Shown here piece by piece: positions 34,069 to 43,152 of a stretch of 64,000 bases of DNA (its first letter is position 1; every line of letters starts with the position of its first letter). The notes under the pieces were generated by a model that was given only the letters and a program-made list of their open reading frames with translations, ran no database searches and was not told the origin of the DNA. Origin of the DNA: an uncultured Acidobacteriota bacterium (GTDB taxonomy: Bacteria > Acidobacteriota > Thermoanaerobaculia > UBA5066 > Gp7-AA6); contig CAVXTP010000022.1 in NCBI GenBank assembly GCA_963764715.1, positions 128,001 through 192,000 of the forward strand, read 5' to 3'. The translations under genes and the position numbers were made by a program.

Positions 34069-34095
34069 TTAGCACTCTCGATGGAAGAGTGCTAG
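34069..34095 (+). promoter_or_regulatory. CIRCE operator (HrcA site), with an extended -10 TGGTATCAT immediately upstream
   Basis: TTAGCACTC-TCGATGGAA-GAGTGCTAG directly before the hrcA ATG. Confidence 0.92.
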
Positions 34096-34097
34096 AC

Positions 34098-35162
34098 ATG
34101 GCTTCTCTCGACACCCGAAGCCGCGCGATCCTGAGGGAGATCATCCGCGTCCACGTCGACACCGGGCGGCCGGTCTCCTCGCGGACGCTTTTCAAGTCCA
34201 ACCGCTTCGGCCTCTCGCCGGCCTCGATCCGCAACATCATGGCCGACCTGACGGACGGCGGGTATCTCGCGCAGCCGCACACCTCGGCCGGCCGGGTCCC
34301 GACGGACCGGGCCTACCGGGTCTACATCGACGAGCTCATGCGGCAGCGGAAGGTCGGGGAGGAAGTCCGCGAGCAGGTCGATTCCGACCTCGATTCCGCC
34401 GGGGCCGACGTCAGCCGCCTGTTCACGGCGGCTTCGCGCCTGCTGTCCCAGCTCTCCGGCGAGGTCGGCTTCGTCGTCGCCCCGGACGCGCTCCACACGG
34501 TCGTCAAGAGCCTGCGGTTCCTGGCCGTCGCCCCCGGCAAGATCCTCTGCGTGCAGGTCAACGATCCCGACGTCGTGATCTCGCGCGTCCTCGAGACCGA
34601 CGTGACGTATTCGAACTCCGAGCTCGACGCCCTTTCGGAGCGGCTGACCCGCGAATACGGCGGCCTGACGCTCCACGAGGTCCGCCGGCGGCTGGCCGCG
34701 GCCCTCGCCCGCGAGCGGGCCGAAGCCGACCGGATCCTGGGCCGGGCGGCGGGCCTCGCCCGGCGGGCCCTCGAGCGCAAGGACGGCGAGGACCAGCTCT
34801 TCTACGACGGAACGGCGAGGCTCCTCGAGAAACCCGAGTTCGCCGACGTTTTCTCGATGAAGCGCATCTTCCAGGCGTTCGACGAAAAAGCCCGGGTCCT
34901 CGACCTGGTCTCCCGGTACCTCGATTCGCCCGGCACGAGCGTCGTTCTGGGCTCCGAGGACGACCATGCCGTCGACCCCCGCCTTTCGGCCGTCTTGACC
35001 TCCTACGGCACGGGAGAGACACTGACGGGAATGCTGGGAGTCATCGGGCCGGCCCGGCGGGAGTACACGCGCGTGATTCCCGTCGTGGATCTGCTGGGGC
35101 GCGCCGTGTCGGAACGGCTCGACCGGCGCGAGGAGCGCCTGAGGGAGGGCCTTCCGGAATGA
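34098..35162 (+). CDS. hrcA: Heat-inducible transcription repressor HrcA
   Basis: SPASIRNIMADL, QPHTSAGRVPT; followed by grpE-dnaK. Confidence 0.95.
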   Translation: MASLDTRSRAILREIIRVHVDTGRPVSSRTLFKSNRFGLSPASIRNIMADLTDGGYLAQPHTSAGRVPTDRAYRVYIDELMRQRKVGEEVREQVDSDLDSAGADVSRLFTAASRLLSQLSGEVGFVVAPDALHTVVKSLRFLAVAPGKILCVQVNDPDVVISRVLETDVTYSNSELDALSERLTREYGGLTLHEVRRRLAAALARERAEADRILGRAAGLARRALERKDGEDQLFYDGTARLLEKPEFADVFSMKRIFQAFDEKARVLDLVSRYLDSPGTSVVLGSEDDHAVDPRLSAVLTSYGTGETLTGMLGVIGPARREYTRVIPVVDLLGRAVSERLDRREERLREGLPE

Positions 35163-35767
35163 GCGACCGAGACCGCGACGGGCGGCCGATCGACGAGGAC
35201 ACCCTCGAGCTGCGCGACTCCGGGGACTCCCTGGAGGCCGCGCTCGACGAGGAGGAGGTCACGGCGCTCGCCGCCGCCGAGGACAAGCTCCGCGGCATCC
35301 AGAAGGAGATCGAGGAGCTCAAGGACCGGCACCTGCGCAAGCTCGCCGAGTTCGAGAACCACAAGAAGCGCAGCGAGCGGGAGCGCCAGGAGTATTTCAA
35401 GATCGCCCTCGCGGGCTTCGCGCACGACTTCCTGCCGATCCTCGACAACTTCGAGCGGGCCCTGGCGCACGCCCGGCCCGGGGACCTCGAGAGCGATTTC
35501 GGCCAGGGCATCGCGATCATCCGCAAGCAGCTCGGCGAGCTCTGGAAGCGCTACGGGCTGATCCCGATCGACTCGAGCGGGGCGTTCGATCCGAACCTCC
35601 ACGAGGCGGTCGCGACCGAGAAGACCGATTCCATCCCCGCCAACACCATCGTCGAGGAGCTGCAGAAGGGCTACTTCCTGAACGACCGCCTCATCCGGCC
35701 GTCGTTCGTGAAGGTGGCCGTCCGCGACAACGGCGGCGAGGGCGAGACCCCGGCGGGGAAGAAGTAG
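35159..35767 (+). CDS. grpE: Nucleotide exchange factor GrpE
   Basis: [34 protein letters not shown]. Confidence 0.95.
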   Translation: MSDRDRDGRPIDEDTLELRDSGDSLEAALDEEEVTALAAAEDKLRGIQKEIEELKDRHLRKLAEFENHKKRSERERQEYFKIALAGFAHDFLPILDNFERALAHARPGDLESDFGQGIAIIRKQLGELWKRYGLIPIDSSGAFDPNLHEAVATEKTDSIPANTIVEELQKGYFLNDRLIRPSFVKVAVRDNGGEGETPAGKK

Positions 35768-35783
35768 GGAAGCAGGAGGAATC

Positions 35784-37616
35784 GTGGGCAAGATCCTCGG
35801 AATCGACCTCGGAACGACCAACTGCTGCGTCTCCGTGGTCGAGGGGGCGACCCCCCAGGTCCTGACGAACCGCGAGGGCAGCCGAACGACGCCCTCGATC
35901 GTCGGCTTCACCGAGGACGGGGAGCGGCTGGTCGGCCAGATCGCCAAGCGGCAGTCGATCACCAACCCCATGAACACGGTTTTCGCGGTCAAGCGCCTCG
36001 TCGGCCGGAAGTACGACGCCGAGGAGACCCAGCACGCGCGCGAGGTGCTGCCCTACGAGATCGTCCGCGCGGTCAACGGCGACGTCAAGATCCGCGCCCG
36101 GGCCCGCGAGTACAGCCCCGAGGAAATCTCGGCCTTCATCCTGTCGGAGATCAAGGAGTTCTCGGAGGAGGCCCTCGGCGAAGAGATCACCGAGGCGATC
36201 ATCACGGTTCCCGCCTACTTCGACGACGCCCAGCGGCAGGCGACCCGCGACGCCGGCCGCATCGCCGGCCTCGAGGTCCTGCGCATCATCAACGAGCCCA
36301 CGGCCGCCTCGCTCGCGTACGGCCTCGACCGGAAGGGCAGCGAGACCGTCGCCGTCTACGACCTCGGCGGAGGCACGTTCGACATCTCGATCCTCCAGCT
36401 CGGCGACGGGATCTACGAGGTCAAGGCCACGGCGGGCGACACCTACCTCGGCGGCGAGGACTTCGACAAGAAGATCATGGACTGGCTGCTCGACGACTTC
36501 CGCAAGGCGACCGGGATCGACCTGCGCCAGGACCGGATGGCCCTCCAGCGCCTCAAGGAGGCGGCCGAGAAGGCCAAGTGCGAGCTTTCGACGGCGACGG
36601 AGACGACGATCACGCTGCCCTTCATCTCGGCCGACGCCTCGGGCCCCAAGCACATCAACCGGACCATCACGCGGGAGCGGTTCGAGGGCCTCGTCGCGGA
36701 CCTGATCGATCGGACGGCCGCGCCGTGCCTCGACGCCCTGGCGGCGGCGGGCCTCAAGCCCTCGGACGTCGACCAGGTCATCCTCGTCGGGGGCCAGACG
36801 CGCACGCCCAAGGTCCAGCGCATGGTGGCGGAGCTCTTCGGCCGCGAGCCCAACCGCGACATCAACCCGGACGAGGTCGTGGCGATCGGCGCCGCGATCC
36901 AGGGCGGCGTGTTGAAGGGCGAGATCAAGGACGTCGTCCTCCTCGACGTCACGCCCCTCTCCCTCGGCATCGAGATGCACGGGGGCGTCTTCGAGAAGCT
37001 GATCGAGCGCAACTCCACCATCCCGACCAAGAACACCAAGGTCTTCACGACGGTCGCCGACAACCAGTCGGTCGTCGAGATCCACGTCCTGCAGGGCGAG
37101 CGCGAGATCGCCAAGGACAACAAGTCGCTCGGCCGATTCGAGCTCGTCGGAATCCCCGCCGCGCCGCGCGGCGTACCTCAGATCGAAGTGACCTTCGCCA
37201 TCGACTCGAACGGCATCGTCAACACCTCGGCCCGCGACCTCGCCACGGGCAAGGCCCAGGGCATGCAGATCAACCCGGCCGGCGGGCTCTCGCAGAACGA
37301 GATCGACAAGATCATCAAGGAGGCCTCGGCGTTCGCCGAGGCGGACCACGAGCGGCGCGAGATCGCGGCGATCAAGAACCGCCTCGAGGGGATGATCGCC
37401 TCCAACGAGCGGGTCCTCGGGGAGTTCGGCGGAGGGCTCGCCGACGACGAGCGCCAGCGCATCGAGGAGACCCTCAAGCGCTCCCGCGAGATCGCCGTCG
37501 GCGATTCGCGCGAGGCGTTCAACGAAGCCATCTTCGACATGCAGGGCGTCTCCAAGGTCCTGACGCGGGTCATGCTGGCCCGCGCCGGCGCCGGGGGCGC
37601 GGCCGCGACGAGCTGA
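35784..37616 (+). CDS. dnaK: Chaperone DnaK
   Basis: [33 protein letters not shown]. Confidence 0.97.
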   Translation: MGKILGIDLGTTNCCVSVVEGATPQVLTNREGSRTTPSIVGFTEDGERLVGQIAKRQSITNPMNTVFAVKRLVGRKYDAEETQHAREVLPYEIVRAVNGDVKIRARAREYSPEEISAFILSEIKEFSEEALGEEITEAIITVPAYFDDAQRQATRDAGRIAGLEVLRIINEPTAASLAYGLDRKGSETVAVYDLGGGTFDISILQLGDGIYEVKATAGDTYLGGEDFDKKIMDWLLDDFRKATGIDLRQDRMALQRLKEAAEKAKCELSTATETTITLPFISADASGPKHINRTITRERFEGLVADLIDRTAAPCLDALAAAGLKPSDVDQVILVGGQTRTPKVQRMVAELFGREPNRDINPDEVVAIGAAIQGGVLKGEIKDVVLLDVTPLSLGIEMHGGVFEKLIERNSTIPTKNTKVFTTVADNQSVVEIHVLQGEREIAKDNKSLGRFELVGIPAAPRGVPQIEVTFAIDSNGIVNTSARDLATGKAQGMQINPAGGLSQNEIDKIIKEASAFAEADHERREIAAIKNRLEGMIASNERVLGEFGGGLADDERQRIEETLKRSREIAVGDSREAFNEAIFDMQGVSKVLTRVMLARAGAGGAAATS

Positions 37617-37667
37617 CCCGGCCGGGCGCGGCGGGTTCTCGAGAAACCGAACGCGAAACGAGCACCC

Positions 37668-38777
37668 ATGAAGTCCAAGCGCGACTATTACGAAATCCTC
37701 GCCGTTTCCCGCGACGTCGACGCGGCCGGGCTCAAGACCGCCTACCGCAAGCTCGCGCTGACCTACCACCCCGACCGCAATCCCAACAACCCGGATGCCG
37801 CCGAGAAGTTCAAGGAGGCCTCCGAGGCGTACGCCGTGCTCTCGGACTCCGAGAAGCGGGCCCGCTACGACCAGTTCGGCCACGCAGGCGTGGGTGCGGG
37901 CGGGGGCCCGGGATTCGGGGGCTTCCCGGGCTTCGATGCGGCGGGATTCGGCGACCTCTCGGATCTCTTCAGCGGCATCTTCGGCTTCGGCGGGGGACCG
38001 TCGGGCCCGACCGGGGGAAGCGACCTCGTTTACCGGATGGAGATCTCGTTCCGCGACGCCGCGCACGGCGTCGAGGCCCCCATCGCCATCTCGCGCCTCG
38101 AGGTCTGCGACGTCTGCGAGGGCTCGGGGGCGGCGGAGGGGACGGCGCCGCGGACCTGCCCGACCTGCCGCGGCGCCGGGCGCCAGCGCGTCTCGCAGGG
38201 ATTCCTGACGATGACGAGGCCGTGCTCCGCCTGCCGGGGCGAGGGCCGCCTGATCGATCACCCCTGCCGGACGTGCTCGGGCGAGGGCCGCCGGCGGGTG
38301 AAGAAGGAGCTCTCGATCCGGATTCCGGGCGGCGTCGAGTCGGGCTCGCGCCTCCGGCTGACCGGGGAGGGAGACGCCGGGCCCAACGGCGGCCCCGCGG
38401 GGGACCTCTACGTCGTGCTGACGGTCGCCGACGACGAGGTCTTCCAGCGCGAAGGCGACGACGTGATCGTTCGCCTCGACCTGCCGTTCCCGACGCTCGT
38501 GCTCGGGGGCGAGGTCACGGCGCCGACGCTCGAGGGCGAGGAAAAGGTGTCGATCGACGCCGGGACGGCGGTCGGCGCCGAGGTCCGGCTGCGGGGCAAA
38601 GGCGTCCGCCGGCTCGGCCGCTCGGGCCGCGGCGACCTCGTCGTCCGCGTCGGCGTGCGCGTCCCGGAGAAACCGTCGAAGGCCGAGAAGGACCTGCTGC
38701 GGAAGTACGCCGAGCTGACGGGCGCGCCGGTCGGGGAGAAGGGCGTCCTCGGCAAGGCGAAGAAGATATTCTCCTAG
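37668..38777 (+). CDS. dnaJ: Chaperone DnaJ
   Basis: J domain HPD; four CxxCxGxG repeats. Confidence 0.97.
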   Translation: MKSKRDYYEILAVSRDVDAAGLKTAYRKLALTYHPDRNPNNPDAAEKFKEASEAYAVLSDSEKRARYDQFGHAGVGAGGGPGFGGFPGFDAAGFGDLSDLFSGIFGFGGGPSGPTGGSDLVYRMEISFRDAAHGVEAPIAISRLEVCDVCEGSGAAEGTAPRTCPTCRGAGRQRVSQGFLTMTRPCSACRGEGRLIDHPCRTCSGEGRRRVKKELSIRIPGGVESGSRLRLTGEGDAGPNGGPAGDLYVVLTVADDEVFQREGDDVIVRLDLPFPTLVLGGEVTAPTLEGEEKVSIDAGTAVGAEVRLRGKGVRRLGRSGRGDLVVRVGVRVPEKPSKAEKDLLRKYAELTGAPVGEKGVLGKAKKIFS

Positions 38778-38781
38778 GGAG

Positions 38782-39615
38782 TTGCGCCGCTCCCGCTTCA
38801 GCCGCCTCCTCGTTCCCCGCAAGGCCGGCGACGACGCCGTGCTCGGCCTCCTCTCGCTCCATGGCCCCCTCGGCTTCGAACAGGAGGGCCGCGATCTCGT
38901 CGCGTTCTTCCGCGAGGCGGAGACGGCCCGCGGCGCGTCCTCGCGCCTGCGCGCCCGCGGCATCCGGCACGCGCTGACGACCGACATTCCCGAGGGGGAC
39001 CCGCTCGAGGCGTTCCGGGCCGCGTCCCGGGCATTCATTGTCGGGCGGCGTCTCTGGATCGATCCGGGCGATCCGGCCGACGTCGAGCCTCCCAACGGGA
39101 GGATCGCGCTGCGCCTTCCGGCATCCCGGGCCTTCGGCACCGGCGCGCACGAATCGACGCGGCTCGCTCTACTCGCCCTCGAGGAAGAGGAGCTCGCCGG
39201 ACGCTCGGTTCTCGACGTGGGGACGGGTTCGGGCGTGCTCGCCCTCGCGGCGGCGGCCTTCGGCGCGCGCTCGGCGATCGGCCTCGACACCGACGCCGAG
39301 GCGGTGTTCGTGGCGCGGGAGAACGTGCGCCGCCACGCGTTCGGAAGCCGGGTGCACCTCTACGCCGGCCCGCTCGCCGCGGCGACGGGCGCCTTCGACC
39401 TGGTGCTCGCCAACATGCTCGCCGAGGAGATCCTGCCGGAGGCCGGGCGGATCCTGGCGCGCGCCGGCCGGACCGGCCGTGTCATCCTGTCCGGCGTGAC
39501 CCGCGAGCGGGAGCCCGACGTGCTCGCACGGATGCGGACCGGACGCTGGAAGCTGGCGGGGCGTCGGACGGAAAAGGAGTGGGCATGTCTCTGCCTCGCG
39601 CGCGCTTCGTCGTAG
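38782..39615 (+). CDS. prmA: Ribosomal protein L11 methyltransferase
   Basis: AFGTGAHEST, LDVGTGSGVL; located after dnaJ. Confidence 0.9.
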   Translation: MRRSRFSRLLVPRKAGDDAVLGLLSLHGPLGFEQEGRDLVAFFREAETARGASSRLRARGIRHALTTDIPEGDPLEAFRAASRAFIVGRRLWIDPGDPADVEPPNGRIALRLPASRAFGTGAHESTRLALLALEEEELAGRSVLDVGTGSGVLALAAAAFGARSAIGLDTDAEAVFVARENVRRHAFGSRVHLYAGPLAAATGAFDLVLANMLAEEILPEAGRILARAGRTGRVILSGVTREREPDVLARMRTGRWKLAGRRTEKEWACLCLARASS

Positions 39616-40307
39616 AGCGGCTTCCCGCCGCCGGCGAGACTTTCCGTCTCGAGGGCCCCGACGTCGCGCACGCGCGCGCCCGCCGCCTGCAGCCCGGCGA
39701 CTCGGTCGTCCTCGTCGACGGCACCGGCCGCGAGGCCGAGGGGCCGGTTGCGGAGGCCGGCCGGGGCGCCCTGGAGGTGCGGGTCGCGCGCGTCGAGGAC
39801 ACGCCGGCCGATCGGCTCTCGCCGATCCACATCCTCGCGGCCGCCGTCCGCCCCGAGCGGCTCTCCTGGATCGCCGAGAAGTCGACCGAGCTCGGCGCCG
39901 CGACGCTGACGATCGTCTTGAGCGAGCGGACGCAGTCCGTGCGGGCGAGCGGGTCGCTCGCCGCGCGCCTCGCGCGCGTGATCGCCGAAGCCGCCAAGCA
40001 GTCGGAGCGCGCCCGATGGCCGCGCGTCGAGGGCCCCGTCACCTTCGCGCAGGCCCTCGCGGCCGCTCCGCCGGGACACCGGTTCCTGCTCGACCCGCGC
40101 GGCGAGCCGTTCCCGGCCGAGCTCGCGCCGGCGCCGACGTCGCTTCTCGTGGGGCCCGAGGGCGGCTGGAGCGGGGACGAGGAGCGCGCGGCGATCGACG
40201 CGGGGTGGACGACGGCGTCGCTCTCGGCCGGAAAGCTCCGAGCCGAAACCGCCGTCGTCTCCGCGCTGGCGCTCGCCCGGGCCGCGCTCGCACGCGGCGT
40301 GCATTGA
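39585..40307 (+). CDS. rsmE: 16S rRNA m3U1498 methyltransferase
   Basis: EK.TELG, EAAKQS, VGPEGGW, LRAETA. Confidence 0.92.
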   Translation: MSLPRARFVVERLPAAGETFRLEGPDVAHARARRLQPGDSVVLVDGTGREAEGPVAEAGRGALEVRVARVEDTPADRLSPIHILAAAVRPERLSWIAEKSTELGAATLTIVLSERTQSVRASGSLAARLARVIAEAAKQSERARWPRVEGPVTFAQALAAAPPGHRFLLDPRGEPFPAELAPAPTSLLVGPEGGWSGDEERAAIDAGWTTASLSAGKLRAETAVVSALALARAALARGVH

Positions 40308-40361
40308 CACCTTCCCCGGGCCGGGGAATACTCGCGGTCATCTCGCGAGCGGAGGCCATCA

Positions 40362-41303
40362 ATGTCCTACGACGACGTCAAAAAGGTCTGGATGAACGGC
40401 CGGCTGGTGGACTTCGCCGACGCGAAAATCCACGCCTTCGCCCACGTCTTTCACTACGGCTCGGCCATGTTCGAGGGCGCGCGCCTCTACAAGACGAAGC
40501 AGGGCTCGGCGGTTTTCCGGATCGACGAGCACGTCAAGCGCCTCTTCGACTCCTGCAAGGTCTACCGGATGGAGGTCCCGCACACCCCGGCGGAATTCAA
40601 GGAGGCGATCTACGAGACGATCCGGGCCAACGGCTTCGACGAGTGCTACATCCGCCCGGTGATCTACCGCGGCCTCGGCGCCCTCGGCGTCAACCCGCTC
40701 AACAGCGCGGTCGACGTGATGATCGCGGTCTGGCGCTGGGGCAAGTATCTCGGCGAAGAGGCCCTCGAGCGGGGCGTCGACGTGTGCGTGTCGTCCTGGA
40801 ACCGGATGGCGCCCAACACCTTTCCGGCGATGGCGAAGGCCACGGGGAACTACCTGAACTCCTCCCTCATCAAGATGGAGGCCGTGACGAACGGCTTCAG
40901 CGAGGGCATCGCCCTCGACAACGCCGGCCGCGTCTCGGAGGGCAGCGGCGAGAACATCTTCGTGGTCTACGGGGGGCGGATCCTGACGCCGCCGCTCGCC
41001 GGCACGATCCTCCCGGGGATCACCCGCGACTCGGTGATGACGATCGCCCGCGACGCGGGGTACACGGTGGTCGAGCAGCAGATCGCCCGGGAGATGCTGT
41101 ACATCGCCGACGAGATCTTCTTCACCGGCACGGCCGCGGAGATCACGCCCATCCGGTCGGTCGACCGGATCGTCGTCGGCGAGGGCCGGCGCGGCCCGAT
41201 CACCGAGCGGATCCAGAAGGAATTCTTCGCGCTGATCCGCGGCGACGCCCCGGACCGGTACGGCTGGCTGACGCCGCTGCCGGTGGAGGCGGCGGTCAGG
41301 TAG
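40362..41303 (+). CDS. ilvE: Branched-chain amino acid aminotransferase
   Basis: [37 protein letters not shown]; TTGACA at 40304 upstream. Confidence 0.95.
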   Translation: MSYDDVKKVWMNGRLVDFADAKIHAFAHVFHYGSAMFEGARLYKTKQGSAVFRIDEHVKRLFDSCKVYRMEVPHTPAEFKEAIYETIRANGFDECYIRPVIYRGLGALGVNPLNSAVDVMIAVWRWGKYLGEEALERGVDVCVSSWNRMAPNTFPAMAKATGNYLNSSLIKMEAVTNGFSEGIALDNAGRVSEGSGENIFVVYGGRILTPPLAGTILPGITRDSVMTIARDAGYTVVEQQIAREMLYIADEIFFTGTAAEITPIRSVDRIVVGEGRRGPITERIQKEFFALIRGDAPDRYGWLTPLPVEAAVR

Positions 41304-41330
41304 CTGCCGGCTGCCCGCTATCGGCTTTCA
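41301..41330 (+). repeat. Degenerate heptamer tract beginning at the ilvE stop codon
   Basis: TA-GCTGCCG-GCTGCCC-GCTATCG-GCTTTCA. Confidence 0.45.
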
Positions 41331-41469
41331 GTTCAGTACGTTAGGCGGCGAGCAGCGGCCCGGCCTGCGTGCGGGCGAGACTTGTCGGCGGAGAGCGGAC
41401 GGCTTTCCCGCGGCTTTCTTTCGCCCGGCAACGAGCGTAATCTAGCCTCCAACCGAGGAAAACAAACCC

Positions 41470-42660
41470 ATGCATATCAACGATCTGCTGAAGATTGCAG
41501 TCGAGCGGAAGGCGTCCGACCTGCACCTGAAAGTCGGCGCGTTTCCCGTCATCCGCATCGACGGAACGCTCATTCCGCTGGCGGACATGCGGCGGCTGAT
41601 GCAGGAAGACACGATCGCAATGGCCTTTTCGATCATGTCGGCCCGGCAGAAAGAGAAGTTCAAGAACAATTTCGAGATCGACATCGCGTACAACGTCCCG
41701 AACCTGGGACGCTTCCGCTGCAACATCTTTCAGCAGCGGGGCACCGTCGGCCTCGTGCTCCGCGTGATCCCGGCCAAGATCCTGTCGATCCGGGACCTCC
41801 TCCTGCCGCCGGTCCTCGAGAAGATCTGCCAGGAGCAGCGGGGCCTGGTCCTCTGCACCGGGACGACCGGTTCGGGCAAGTCGACGACGCTCGCGGCGAT
41901 GATCGACCACATCAACACCACCCGCAACGAGCACGTGATGACGGTCGAGGACCCGATCGAGTTCCTGCACCGCGACAAGAAGTCGATCGTCAACCAGCGC
42001 GAGGTCGACGTCGACACCAAGGGCTTCTCCGTCGCGCTGCGCAGCGCCCTGCGCCAGGACCCCGACGTCATCCTCGTCGGCGAAATGCGCGATTACGAGA
42101 CGATCGAGACCGCGTTGACGGCGGCCGAGACCGGCCACCTCGTCTTCTCGACGCTCCACACCCTCGACGCCACCGAGACGATCAACCGCATCATCGCGGT
42201 CTTCCCGCCGCACCAGCAGAAGCAGATCCGGCTGCAGCTCGGCGCGGTGCTGAAGGCCGCGGTCTCGCTCCGCCTCATGCCCCGGGCCGACGGCCTCGGC
42301 CGCGTGCCGGCGGCCGAGATCCTCATCCGGACCAACTACGTCCGCGAGTGCATCGAGAACAAGGAAAAGACGAAGTACATCAAGGACGCGATCCAGCAGG
42401 GAACGTCCCAGTACGGGATGCAGACGTTCGACCAGTCGCTCTACGGCCTCTACAAGTCGGGCCTCATCACGCTCGAAGAGGCGTTGAAGCGAGCGACGAA
42501 TCCCAACGAGTTCAAGCTCAAGATCCAGGGCATCCAGTCGACCTCGGACGTCGCCCGCGAGGAGATGGACGCGGCCCTCGAGACGCCCAACGACTTCAAC
42601 CCGCTCCAGGAGGAGTCGCCCTTCGACTTCTCCAACCAGACGCCCACGGGAAGAACCTAA
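41470..42660 (+). CDS. pilT: Type IV pilus retraction ATPase, PilT/PilU family
   Basis: ASDLHL, GTTGSGKSTT, EDPIEF, LRQDPDVILVGEMRD, GMQTFDQ. Confidence 0.92.
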   Translation: MHINDLLKIAVERKASDLHLKVGAFPVIRIDGTLIPLADMRRLMQEDTIAMAFSIMSARQKEKFKNNFEIDIAYNVPNLGRFRCNIFQQRGTVGLVLRVIPAKILSIRDLLLPPVLEKICQEQRGLVLCTGTTGSGKSTTLAAMIDHINTTRNEHVMTVEDPIEFLHRDKKSIVNQREVDVDTKGFSVALRSALRQDPDVILVGEMRDYETIETALTAAETGHLVFSTLHTLDATETINRIIAVFPPHQQKQIRLQLGAVLKAAVSLRLMPRADGLGRVPAAEILIRTNYVRECIENKEKTKYIKDAIQQGTSQYGMQTFDQSLYGLYKSGLITLEEALKRATNPNEFKLKIQGIQSTSDVAREEMDAALETPNDFNPLQEESPFDFSNQTPTGRT

Positions 42661-43152
42661 ACGGCGGGTCGCAGGTCACCTCCCCGGGAGCCCTCGTCCG
42701 CGGCGGCGGCCCGCGAGAGGGCCCTGCGCCTGCTCTCGATCCGCGCGCGGGGCCGCGCCGAGCTCGCGCGGGCGCTCGACGAGCGGGGCTTCGAGCCGGG
42801 AGCGGCCCGGGAAGCGCTCGATCGCCTCGCCGCGGAGGGGCTCCTCGACGACCTCGCCGCCGCGCGCTCGGCCGTCCGGACGCGCGGGACGCGTCACGGG
42901 CGCGCGCGGATCGAGCGCGAGCTCCGGGCCCGCGGCTTCGCGAAGGAGACGATCGCGGAGGCGTTCGCGGCCGAAGGCGCCGAGGACCGGGAAGACGCGG
43001 CTCTCCGGAAGGCGTTCGAGAGGCTCTGGAGCGCGCGCGCGGGCCTTGCGCCCGCGGTGCGGCGGCGCCGCGTGTTCGACGCCCTGACCCGGCGCGGTTT
43101 TCCGGCGGAGAGGATTTCTGAGATCATCCGGGGCTGGTATGAAGTCGACTGA
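42661..43152 (+). CDS. recX: Regulatory protein RecX (non-canonical ACG first codon)
   Basis: Translated by hand: ...ARERALRLLSIRARGRAELARAL..G..LLDD...G.ARIERELRARG...LTRRGF; sits just before alaS; missing from the ORF track. Confidence 0.85.
   Translation, partial: TAGRRSPPREPSSAAAARERALRLLSIRARGRAELARALDERGFEPGAAREALDRLAAEGLLDDLAAARSAVRTRGTRHGRARIERELRARGFAKETIAEAFAAEGAEDREDAALRKAFERLWSARAGLAPAVRRRRVFDALTRRGFPAERISEIIRGWYEVD

Noticed and set aside
35691-39290. 1199-aa minus-strand ORF opposite dnaK/dnaJ
   Set aside because: Antisense shadow of highly biased high-GC genes; long antisense frames are a known artefact at dnaK; no motifs.
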